Part shown: positions 1-12,612 of the stretch, piece by piece | How positions within the stretch are numbered: position 1 is the first letter of the stretch | Layout of the letters: every line of letters begins with the position of its first letter | Assembly: GCA_012295275.1 (NCBI GenBank) | Contig: CM022672.1 | Coordinates: forward strand, 29,388,001-29,452,000 | Reading direction: 5' to 3' | DNA: 64,000 nt | Source of the DNA: Chrysomallon squamiferum | Lineage: Eukaryota; Animalia; Mollusca | Notes under the pieces: generated by a model | The model's input: the letters and a program-made list of their open reading frames with translations, nothing else | Database searches by the model: none | What the model was told of the DNA's origin: nothing | Made by a program: the position numbers and the translations under genes

Positions 1-199
1 TGGATATGTGAACAATTTTTTAATTATTTTTATTTTTATTTTTTCATTTAAATTACAGTATACAGAAAATGATTTTAAATATGTCCAAAGACCGGTATAT
101 ATACATACAAAAGATCCATCTCTGCTATTTAGTACGACCACTTATTAAAATGGACGAAATCCACTTTCATCTGAGCATCAAACACACCATAAAATTAAA

Positions 200-201
<2 letters not shown>

Positions 202-291
<90 letters not shown>
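202..291. repeat. (TC)n microsatellite
   Basis: Directly visible. Confidence 0.98.
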
Positions 292-297
<6 letters not shown>

Positions 298-1394
298 TTT
301 TCGAACAAAAGCTAGGTTACAGACGTTACGTTCTGTTTCACATCTAGTTAAACTGGCCCCTTTAGATGATTTTTCCCTATAGAATTTAAAGGCGTCGAGG
401 CACAGTAGTGTGTTAACGTTTACGTAACAACAGAACTACTACAGTTTAAACTGAGGTTTCGAGTTACGCGATAACAAAATAAGATAACACCTTAACTTGA
501 CTGCTGTTTGACGGGTACCTGCAGCTGGCCCAGTGCAGAGGCAGTGATGTATTATGTATGGTTTATATTAACATTCATCTTTTTTCAACATGAGAAGCGA
601 ACTGTAACAGTAAAGATAATGCTGCTTAAACATCTTCTTTAATTGTTAATATGTAATTCATACCACCATAGAGATAATAACATAAAAACTAAGAACACTC
701 CCACGTGCACCGAGTGAAAACATAACAGTACCATTGAATATTAATTTGTTATTGTTGATATTGCTGTTGTTGTTCTTGTTGTTTTTTTAATTATTTATTT
801 ATGTATTATTGTCGTTGTTGTTGTTGTTTTTATTGTTATTATTGTTGTTATATAGTTATTCGTTTGAAATAAAATTTACATAGAGATAAAGAATGATTAA
901 TAAATGAAATATCTTTGCCCTCAATTTGAGAATAAATTACAGTTTATTATTATAAATACTATACATAAATGTCTTTTTCTTATATATAATTAATAATAAT
1001 TGATGAAAAAGATGATGATAAAATAATAACAATCAATAATACTGCATTTTTAAAATAAAAACAGACAATACTTTGTATAAAAGTATTTATTTTATTAAAA
1101 TATACTGCGTAAATGAATATTTTAACTTTTAACAGCCCGTTTAACAAAACCAGACAAACCTAAATGTTTTAAAAGAATATTCCCGAAGGAACCGATAAAA
1201 CTTAACAACCGAAACTAATAGCTCTAGTCACGTGATTTGTTCTGTAGCGGATTCTCTCTTCCTAAAATGACAGTTTTTATCAAAAAACTTTAAGAAATTA
1301 AAAATTTATATATATCTCTTTGTGTTGCATTTCAGTTCGTTAACGTTAATATTAGAAATATAATCTATCACAAAGTGATTTGATTAAATCTTAC

Positions 1395-1650
1395 CTTCTT
1401 TTGAAGATAATTCTGCAGCTTCCGGAAAACAAGCGTTCTGCAGACTCGGCGAGCTCTGTTTCGGCTGCGGGTAACCAGGAATAGTAAAACAACTAATTCG
1501 CGTGCTGCATGGAAAGCGATACTTGTACAGCTAGCAGAGGTTAAAAGCCACGTGCGTATGTTTAACGCAGACAGACGAGTTAGCGCGCGTGCACCACTGT
1601 GATACCGCTTCAGGGAGGCAGCGACTGACTTCAAACAGTTCCAGCATCAC
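1395..1650 (-). other. Probable non-coding first exon/promoter of a gene extending left of the window
   Basis: GC/CpG-rich island ending at a consensus donor AAG|GTAAGA (1394-1389). No ATG-initiated frame is open to the donor. E-boxes CACGTG at about 1229 and 1549. Confidence 0.45.
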
Positions 1651-1954
1651 ACTACTTAGATGTGGTTTCTGAGATCTTTCTTTTTCTTTCTTTCTTTCTT
1701 TTTTCTTTCTTACTTTCTTTCGTTCTTTTTTTTTTTTTTCATCATCTTTTAAGTTGCTTTTTTACTTTTCTTTACTTTTGCTTTGATGGCTTTCTTTGGT
1801 TATTTTGTTATTCATTATTTTTGTTATTGCTGTTCCTTTCATATATTTACCTCTTTTCTTTCTTATTTTTTTCTTTTGTCACTTTGTTTCTTTTTTCTTT
1901 TTTTCTACAACACCTACTAAATAAATAAATAAATAATACTGTGTGTGTGTGTGT

Positions 1955-1998
<44 letters not shown>

Positions 1999-2441
1999 TA
2001 TTTGTGTTGGACGATTTGTCATCGCTACTTGCCATACGGTGAACTAAACTTTTGGAGATTATCATAAAGAGATCTTTAACATCCACCACACTCTCGATCT
2101 TTTAAAAGTACATCCAGCCTGTTTTGATAAAGCAATCACGGGACACTGGTTGGACGGGAAATCGCTTGATCTTTACGTTGAAAGCCAGCTGCAGGTATTT
2201 GCTGTAATACCAGGTTTGAGGTATTATTCCTATCTATCATGTGTCAAGCAGTTTTTCTTCTTTTTCTTTCACGTCTACGTACACAGCCGCTGTTACTGAT
2301 TATCATCAAAAGATATTTGCAGTTTGTCAACGAGATGAATGTACATACCACTGTCTATCACACAAACGTACAGATCTGGTTTTAGTAATTAGCTACGGGT
2401 TGGTTACGGAGAGCCACCTCTAGAACGTGTGCCCTATTTTG

Positions 2442-2903
<462 letters not shown>

Positions 2904-2919
2904 TTCTGACATCTCCTGA

Positions 2920-3110
2920 GGCTGGATGTAGCTTAGTGATAGAGTTGTAGCAAGAGGTGTGCTTGTTCGCGGCTGTCACTGAACAAGGGCTGTGGTATGT
3001 ATTTGCTCTGTGTAATTATTAGTACTTAACAACAACAACAAAACAGATTTGCCCGTTGAACAGCTAAAGTGGGTTGTCTGTCTTGTTATATCTGTAATTC
3101 TTAACGGTAT
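2920..3110 (+). mobile_element. Decayed SINE remnant
   Basis: A-box-like GGATGTAGCTTAGTGATAGAG followed by AAGGGCTGTGGTATGT; highly diverged. Confidence 0.35.
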
Positions 3111-5599
3111 ATTAAAAATGAGTGCGTAGTTGCGTAACAAAATTCTTTCTTCTGACTAAATATTGCACAGCAACAATAATAATGTATTTGGTTTTGTTTG
3201 CCCACTATAATACACTGTTAAAATATCGGTATAAAAACCTCATTGGTAGAGCAATAGTAATGGTGATAGTAGTAGCAGTAGTAAGATATAGTAGAAGTAG
3301 TCGTAGCTATAGTACAGTAGTAATAACAACAGCAGCAGTACTAGTATCAGCAACCGCGGAAATAGCTGTAGTAGCATCAGCATTTGTGATGGCATTAATA
3401 ATAATAGCAGTAGTAGTAATAATAGCAGTAGTAGTAGTAATTGTAGTAGTAGCAGGAGTGGAGAGAAAATAGCAGGATCATTATCATCATCAGCAGAAGT
3501 GATAGTAGTAGTAATAATAATATGAAGATGATGATGCTGATGATGATAGGCATTCATGAAGCACAAACTGGCATTGTTAATTAATAATAATAACAATATT
3601 ATTAATAATGATGATGACGACGATAATAATGAGGCCGAAGAAAAGAATAATACAGAAAAATAACACAGTGGCCGATGTTAAAAGTAGCCACACAGACTGA
3701 TCCTACTGATATCACGCTTCAACCTGGCTGATTTCAAATCAATTGTAGTTACTTCTTTCAGCGAAAAATCATAAACAGATATGTAGTTGTCTGTGACTGT
3801 GTGTGTGTGTGTTGGTTGGTTGGTTGTACGTGCCTACATGCATGGATCTGATACATAATACATGTAGCTAAAAACTCGACATTATTTACGTATTACTATT
3901 ATTATTATTGTATTATACAACGACAGACACTTTGTTAATACATAAATCGGGAATTTTTATCTTTCACAAAGAGCCCTTTTATAAAATTAAATTTGTGAAT
4001 GTAAACCTGCAATATGAAAGACACTTTCTTCGTAGTTGCTAAAACCATCCATGCTTAGATTACAAAGAAAAATAACATATTTAATGTATAATATCTATTC
4101 AGATTTTCAGTATGTATTCACGTATTGAAATAATGTGACAGAAAGCAACTACGCAGATTTGTGAATCACTGAAGTGAGACGAATATGGTCTTAACAGCAT
4201 GGATTGAAATAAATGTTTAAACATCAGACATCTGCTGTATAATCAATAAATCAGAAATAAGATTTAAAAAGAATATCATAAATAATGTGCAAATATTTTT
4301 AAAATTATTTATTTATTTATTTATTTTAAAGATGTATAAATATAAAAATACATTTACATCTTGATGTCGCTACTTTTCTGTAGTTGTGACGTCATCACTT
4401 CAAAGGCTGACCGATTTGGTCTAAACTTTAAATTTTTCTAATTCTTCGTTCTCCAGTCCATGTGTACGCTGACGTCACAACTCAGCTATGTAGAGTTAAA
4501 TAGGACACACACAAAAAATAAAGAGTGAGAATTAATTCTCTAACAGAATATCAATTTTCAAGAAGTGCAGAATAAAATCGGCGTCTGTGTTTTACAATGA
4601 GGAAAAATAATAATAATAATAATAAATAAATAAATAAATAAATAATAATAATAAATAAATAAATTATAATAGTAATAAATCTGCAGAATTCTGTTTGCAT
4701 GGTTGGTGTTTAAAGCTTCTCCTAACAACCGAGTTAACAACACCTCTGTGTAGTTCTGCATGAGTTATGCATACATCTCAAATGATCACGTATATGAATC
4801 AGCGAAGGAAACTGACTGTTACTGTTACTTCACTGTTTTTATGGACAACTGTGCGTGCGTGCATGTGTGAGTGTGAGAGAGACTACCGGCTCAGTAAAAC
4901 ACGTAAAATGATATATGGCAATAAACACTAACATTGAAATGTTAACCAAATATTATTTACTTGTTTTATTGAAACTGCCTGAAGTAAGTTATATCTAAAT
5001 GTCAAAAACACGTGTTTAGTTTTGCATTTTTAATACACTTTTCTCAAGTACATTAATAATTTCTGTCGATTTTTGTGACCTCTTTAAACATAAATTTTAA
5101 AAGATATAAACGTGATTGAATTATGATCAGTGAAATAATATTGTTTTTTATACTGACAGATGACATTCAGGTGTGGATTTTATGCAAAATATTTAGAGGA
5201 AAACAAAATTATATATATATATTATCAGTTCTTCGTATTATTATTTATTTATTTATTTAGTTTGTTTTTCTTTCTTTCTTAGCAATTTCACACGATAAAA
5301 GATACTAACAACAAAAAATCGAAAAAAAGTTATTAAAAAATAGCAAAATTAACTGATATTCTTTTATTGTTAAAATTATAACTGTAGGGAAATAAAAACC
5401 TGAAGCATAGTAATAATACTAATAATAATAAAGAAAGAAAGAAAGAAAAAACATTAAAGCCTTTGTTACACAGATTTTTTCGAAAGGTATTTGTTGACAG
5501 ATCGACATCTGCCCGTAACGAAGTATAACTAACAAAATTCCAGTGGTGAGAATAATTTTCCATTTGCAACTGCTGCAAACCTGACGCGATTTTCGCACC

Positions 5600-6388
5600 G
5601 AATTTTCGTCATGATATAGAAAACACACACTCACTTAGAGGCGTGCAGACCAAACACGACTGTCGCCGCGATTTTCACAACGATTATTGGAAATCGCCAT
5701 GCTGTAGTTATGCAGACGTTTACGTCACACACATTCAATCGTGAAGTGATTTTTTTCGATCAGGATATCACCTTGCAAGACATTCGGCAAAAAAGACATT
5801 TTTATTCAAGTACAAAAACATGAAATACTACACAACAAACCCTACCATCCTACAAAGATGACGGGGAACGGAAAACGTTACGAATCCGTATCATGTCTGT
5901 GGAAAGTAGGATAATGACTTTTCTGCTGGCCACTGTTCTGTATGTGTTACACCGGCCCACCACCGCCAAAGTCCACTGATATTCATTTTTGTTGACTTCA
6001 AAACTTCGTGAAATATGCCAAATTTTAGCGTCAAGAGTATGTATTCATGAAATCGCACTTAGAAACGCGACGATAATGAATATTAATAAATTTTAGCGAT
6101 ATTCGACCGTATTAATATTTATAGAATAGGTATCATTAGGATGGTTCGGCTGTCTTGTATAGTATTCCATGTGTTTTTTTACATGAATAATTACGCCTTT
6201 CTTTTTCAAGATGACATTCAGGTCGCGAGAAATCGCCTCACGACTGAATGTGTGTGACGTCAAATTTTATATTTAGCACGCGATTTCGCCAGCGATAACG
6301 GACAAGTATCATCAGTTTCTATTTCCAAAAATCGCGTTTGGTTTACACGCCTCCACGTGAGTTTGTTTTCTATATCCAGGCGAAAATG
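5600..6388. mobile_element. Old long-TIR (foldback) MITE
   Basis: Diverged inverted arms of about 250 bp (5600-5853 vs 6137-6388). Examples: GATATAGAAAAC/GTTTTCTATATC, GAGGCGTG..ACCAAAC/GTTTGGT..CACGCCTC, ACGTCACACACATTCA/TGAATGTGTGTGACGT, ACCATCCTA/TAGGATGGT. Confidence 0.8.
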
Positions 6389-7139
6389 TGCAAGGGACCT
6401 TTCAAAATGTCGACTTAACGTGAAATTCAACTTATTATACAATCGAGTGTTGTACTATAGGATTACAACGCAGACCTGAACTGGATTTAGTTATTAACTT
6501 AGTGAACTGATTTCTTATGGCTTCAAAAATAATTGTCTTACATATTTCTTTAATTATGATGGACCTCACTAATCCAGTCATCTTAGGACCAGACAGCTGA
6601 TTTTCCGAACCAATTAAGCTTAGAGTGAAAAATTACAAAATAATGTACATAGCTGATACTGATACAGAGGCATAAATGTAGTTTATACGTATCTTTATGA
6701 CAAACAACTAGTTTTTCAGTGTTGATTGTTAATGTGACATGTCTACGTTTTGCAGCGTCACCAAGTGCAGGTCGCCTAACAGATATATTTAAGTTTAAAA
6801 TTCCATTTGAAACAATATATTATCTGTACCTTTGAAACACCATTAACAGAAAATAAAAAAAATAATAACAATAAGCAAAAATGAATGAAATGAAATAAAT
6901 AAATAAATTAATAATAATAATAGTAATAATATATGGGGAACTGGTCAAGCGGCAGCCACGAATGGTAATGTCCGGCTGACCGTCCTGAACCATCGACGCT
7001 GCCGGAGTCGACCGCTCGATTCCAGAGGTGAGGGGTTAAAATGGCGATTCATATTATAACATTATTATTATACTGTCATACTTTGTTACGAGCCCAAAAC
7101 CAGAAATGAGTTAATTTGGAAATATTAATCACATTATTG

Positions 7140-7383
7140 CATTGGTTTTCAACCTCTTTCATACCGCGACCCCTTGTGAGCAATTCAATACGACCGATGA
7201 TCCCCTTTAAAAATTTTGGTTCAATAATATGTAGGGTTACCATATTTTCATCAACCAAAGACAGTACAAAAGGAATCTATATTCACTACACGTTTTTATT
7301 TATTTCTCCTTCCAAATCAAGTTGAAAAAAAACTAAAACATATCCTCGTTCAAGAACGATCTCGCGACCCCCAGCTTGAAAAG
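7140..7383. mobile_element. hAT-like MITE interrupted in its right TIR
   Basis: Left end CATTGGTTTTCAACCT, GCGACCCC subterminal motifs at about 7167 and 7364, and right end CAGCTTGAAAAG split by the 7384-7980 insertion. Confidence 0.6.
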
Positions 7384-7980
7384 GGTTTATTCCCGATTCT
7401 GGCATTCCCGAATCTGGCAGTGAGATTATGACACATCTGAATTGGACACACCAGTTGTTCCATTTCTGGCAGTTTATTTCTCACCCTTACTAATTGGTGT
7501 TCCGTCACTTTAATTGATTAAACGGTATTTTGTCCACAATTTGAAAGCACATTCAGTCACACTTTATACACGAAATGTCCCAGAAAGCACTCCACCGCAA
7601 GCTGACAATTAGGAAGCCGTGTCCCGCGTACATGTGACGTACTCCAATCCCAGCTGGAAGAGCTTGTGCTTGTCTTCTGGTAGTATTTCCTGTCTCCAAA
7701 TGTTACTGATTGCAATAAAATTAATGTTTGAAGATATAAAATTTAATTTCATGTCTCCAAACATTAATTTTCTTATAATCTCTATTCCGGCTCACCTCTG
7801 CTCTTCACTCCTCATTAAGGTTAATCTCGTTAATCGCCCCAGCTGTTCTTCAAACATCTTGTTATCCCCATGCATCTAAATTCGCCTTAATTGCTCACGC
7901 CAGTTTTCCCATTTCTGGAAGCGGATTAGAACACCTCACCGCTTACCTAATCTGGAGACTGCCAATTTTGGGAACATACC
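7384..7980. mobile_element. 597-bp non-autonomous DNA transposon with 8-bp TSD
   Basis: TSD TTGAAAAG at 7376-7383 and 7981-7988. Imperfect TIRs GGTTTATTCCCGATTCTGGCA / TGCCAATTTTGGGAACATACC, plus subterminal TCTGG(C)A repeats. Confidence 0.75.
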
Positions 7981-10106
7981 TTGAAAAGCTATTCTTTAAT
8001 GTATAGTTTATTCAGTATTGACTCAGATATACTTTAAACAGGTTTCTAGAACACAATAAATACTAGTGAGGCCTTTAGTAACTAAAACACAGGATCTCGG
8101 TAGCTCTACATCTAGCTCTAAGCACAGTAAGAATTAAAACACAAACTCAATGCAGACAAATACATTTTATTTTGCAATTTAGAAATAAGATTTTGCTGTA
8201 TTGTTGAAAACTACAAAAAAGGCTACATTTATTACAAATTGCTCTTTATTAATTCACTCTTACAAACAAGCTTAAATCTAAATGTTTATCACGTAACACA
8301 ACACACAAACCATTAACCGTGACGCTAACAAACACAAAGAAATCGTTCAGCTGATGTTCGATGTGATCTGGTGATGACAAGCTTCTCTGCTAATTACACA
8401 ATGTCACAGTGTTCTTTTTCTCATACATCTGACCTGTGACGATGGAGTCGTGAAGTGAAAGAAATGACATTGACCCATTTGAGAATAAAGAATCTTTCTT
8501 TAACAGGATTTTATTTATTTATTTATTTTAATGTATTTATTATTAGCAGTAGTGTTACGAATGAAGTACTCCAGTTAGCTGCCGAGGTTAGCACCAGATT
8601 CTTCGGCAGAGCGTTGCAGCACACATTTTGTTATATACGAATACAAAGCAGGGGTACAGCCTATACAATTCTGTATAAAAGTACAAACATTATTCAAGTG
8701 AAAAATTAATCTGTGTCACTGATTTGTAATGAAGGATCAAGACAACATTCAGGCAAGATGACTCGTGACCTGGACATGTTATATTCGTCATAATTCGTCT
8801 GCGTGAAAATGTAGCGCAATTACCTGAAACTGTGCTAAAAACAAGGCAGGGCGAGGTAATTTTGCAGATTGTTTTATAGAAAGAACTCCCTGAAGTACGG
8901 AACTGGAATGCAGTTCAAATTTTCATTTACAGCGACTGTTTGTTGAGACGTTCACAGTGTTCAGATACATACGAGTGCAATACTAAATAAACTTGTGTAT
9001 CGTTTTATTCAGATCGCATTTAAAAATCTATAAAGGTAGGTTTTCCTGCAGTGTTGAAAACGAAGCCAATACGCGTGTAAAACTAATGCATCAATTCTTC
9101 AAAGGTTTCTATGAACATCTGTTACTCTGCTCTGTGATTTTATTAACCCGTTAAAACGTACTTGGATATCAGATTAGTGTAGACCAAATGATCCATATGA
9201 GATTACGTTTCTTCTTTTTTTTTATCTTTTATTAAAATCAATGTTTTATTATTCTTTTCTTTGAATATTAATAAAATGGATGCATACAACATGCCCGGGT
9301 ACGAATGTTCTATGTTGCAGAAATTTGTCTTGGATCCGATGATGCAGTTTTTTTTAATATTATGAGAAATGAATAGATTTTTATAATTAATAATAATAAT
9401 AATAAAAGTAATTTTCTTCTGTAAGTACAATGTCAAGGATAATTTAACAGATTTCATATTTTTCACATTTCTGTACACAAAGCTTTAAAGATTACAAAAC
9501 ATAAATACAAAAATCAGTTCTATATAGTAAACAAAATATATGAGACCATGTTTATTATAATCTGTTAATCAATAGTCCACACATGTGGATGTCTTTCTTC
9601 TATGATAATCCCTTGAGCATTTTCACAAATCTAGGATCTGAAATATTAATATCGTCAAGCCCTGACAATAGTCCAGAACTTCATGTACGACACAGCTATC
9701 CGTAGTCTGGTCCGACAGATTGAAAATGAAGTATAAAGATTCAAATTAAAACGTTTGATTCCAGGCTTCTTTATTTATCTTCTTTTTTTTTTTTTCTTTT
9801 TTTAAATAATTTATAATTGTAACAGACAATATTTTCTTTTTTTCTTTCTTTATTTTTGTTGCTGTTTTTCTTTTTCCTTTCGTTTTCTTCTTCCCATCTA
9901 CACAGACGATTTCCCCCCCCAAGAGAAAAAGATGAATAAAAATACTGACAGATCGAATGGCCTTACTACGTAAAGTCTTTACAAGGACAATCACATATTT
10001 AACTAAATAATAAAGAATAAAAAAACCAAATAACAACAAAAAAATCTATTAACAACAATAATAAAAATATATGGATTTCTAGAATATGCGAGAACACTGC
10101 CTATGG

Positions 10107-10150
<44 letters not shown>

Positions 10151-10229
10151 TTGAATTTAATCTTTATCACTGAAAATAATTATTGATATACATTTATTTA
10201 TTTATATATACATAAATAGATGTAGACAG

Positions 10230-10269
<40 letters not shown>

Positions 10270-10398
10270 CACACACACGCACATCAATTATTTTCAGTGA
10301 TAAATATTAAATTTAAGTAATGAATACTTTGCTGTAATTAAATTTTGTGATTTTGAATCATCAGTTACATGTTTAAAATAATAATAAAAATTAAATTA

Positions 10399-10440
<42 letters not shown>

Positions 10441-11394
10441 GCTTAACAAAATAAATGTGTTTAAATAAAGGAATGGCTGTTTGTTACTGATTTCTTCTTG
10501 GGTTTCCAGAGAAATAATTCAACACAAAATCCTCAGTATGTCTTTGTAAATAATGAAGCTGATATTGGTATTCAGAAATGTACTAAATAAAATGAAATGA
10601 AATACATATAAAATAAGAATGTCACATTTATAAATACATTACAAAATGACAGTTTGTTTTAATGATTATTTATAACTGTACAGTGGAATGTTTATAAATG
10701 GAGAAATTGTTAAAATAATAATAATAATAGTAATAATAATCATAATAATAATAATAATAATAAAATAAAAAAATAAATATGGTAGGTAGTTTTTTTTCTT
10801 TGTAAAAAATCTTCATATGATGGACACACTAATAATTTAGAAGAAAATAGCACAGAAACTAGTTGTATAAAAATGAAACCATTGCTGTAAAAATATTAAA
10901 ATTTTGATTTTTATACTAAATTTCTTTATCCTTAAAAAAGAAAAAAAATGAAATAAAATTAAATGTTAAAGTGCAAAAGTGGGACACTGGTGTTTTGATA
11001 TTTCTCATTGTAAATCCTGACATAGTGAAAAAAGAAAAATGAAATATGTTTGTTTTATTATATCTATTTACAAGCGTTTTCAGGTAAAAAAATAACAGGA
11101 ATGTTAATACTGAAGATAACTATTGTAATAATAAATGTAAAATTAATAACAGTAATCATAATCAGCAGTAGTTAGCACTGTAAGAAAAAACATGAGTGGG
11201 ACAGTAGTGGCACATTTACAAATAACATTTCCAGAATATTTTGAAAGAAAATGTTTAAATAAATTACTGTGATGGAGAAATAAAATGTTTGTAATGGTCA
11301 CCCTATTAGTCTGTAGCTGCAGACAAAAACATGGAATGAAAATTCACACAATACACAAATGTCACGAAACCGTATGACACAGCGTATATATATT

Positions 11395-11474
<80 letters not shown>

Positions 11475-11597
11475 TAAAAGAAAAGAAAAGGAAAGAAAAA
11501 CGAAGATAAGCAGCTGAATTTTCAAAAAAATAAATAAATATATGTTTTAACACAGATGAGCTCTGTTAGTCTGGTTCTTTTACAATCATCAGCAGTA

Positions 11598-11806
11598 TCA
11601 CTGTTCTGTTGAGGCGTTGGCCATACTCTGAAGTAGCATCAAGTACTGGTGAGTCGCCTGGTTCAGCTCGGTTGTCAAGGTGACCAAGTGACCATAGAAG
11701 TCACTAACTTTGACTGCTAGTGACTGAGAATCTTTGAGGGTCTCTGACAGTGGGCGGAGCTGGTGATGAAGTTTCAGTCTCTGACTTAATGGTTGATGTT
11801 GATAAC
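11598..11806 (-). CDS. SIMC1: SIMC1-like gene, terminal coding exon 3
   Basis: Acceptor gatattttag|GT completes GGT with the phase-1 G from exon 2. It reads GYQHQPLSQRLK...AVKVSDFYGHLVTLTTELNQATHQYLMLLQSMANASTEQ*, similar to the two C-terminal helices of SIMC1. Confidence 0.8.
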
Positions 11807-12290
11807 CTAAAATATCAGAGTGGACATTGCTGTTATCGTAATTTAAATCTAACATATTACAGTATGTACATGAATATTCTAAGTAAATGTTACACAGACT
11901 ATCAGAGTTCTGTATTTCTCTATCAGTCATTAAAACCAATCACTCTTGCTGCCATAATAATCTATTACTTTAAACCTTGTCAACAGTAACATAACAAGTC
12001 TGTGCCATTCATGGAACCTGCACACTGGTCTGATTTATCTAAAACAACCAGTTGTCTGTGCTGGTTATTTCTCATCCTTGCATTTTTACATTAGTGACAA
12101 AATGGATGACAACCAACTTTTGATCTGTTGTTGTAATATTGATAGAACATAAATAATATGCAGATCTGTTACCAATGAAAAACATTATGAAACTCCAGGT
12201 TGTTACTTTTCTGTTTTTTAGTGAGTAACAAAGAATAAAAAATTGACAAATGAAGTATGTAAGAGAGAAGTAAAGAGCAGTAAAATAAGA

Positions 12291-12337
<47 letters not shown>

Positions 12338-12612
12338 CAACTAAGAAATCTAATATGAAATTTAAAGAAAGAAGAAGAAAATGTTTTTTTTGACCATCCT
12401 CTAAACAAATTTATATGTGGCATCTAGCACAGTTGAAGACTATTCACATAGTAAGTAAGGAAACATATCATCATCACTGCATGCACTACTGTTTCCAGTT
12501 ACCAGAAATGTTCTTTAATATGGACCATCTCACACATAGGATAGTACAATCCAATCTTTATTACATGTAGCCATAATTAGATCATGAATAGATAATTCAA
12601 ATTAAAACTTAC

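Noticed and set aside
3122-3596. Hydrophobic 116-118 aa ORFs resembling membrane proteins
   Set aside because: Derived from degenerate (AGT/AGC/AAT)n low-complexity sequence; the same applies to 58348-58744.
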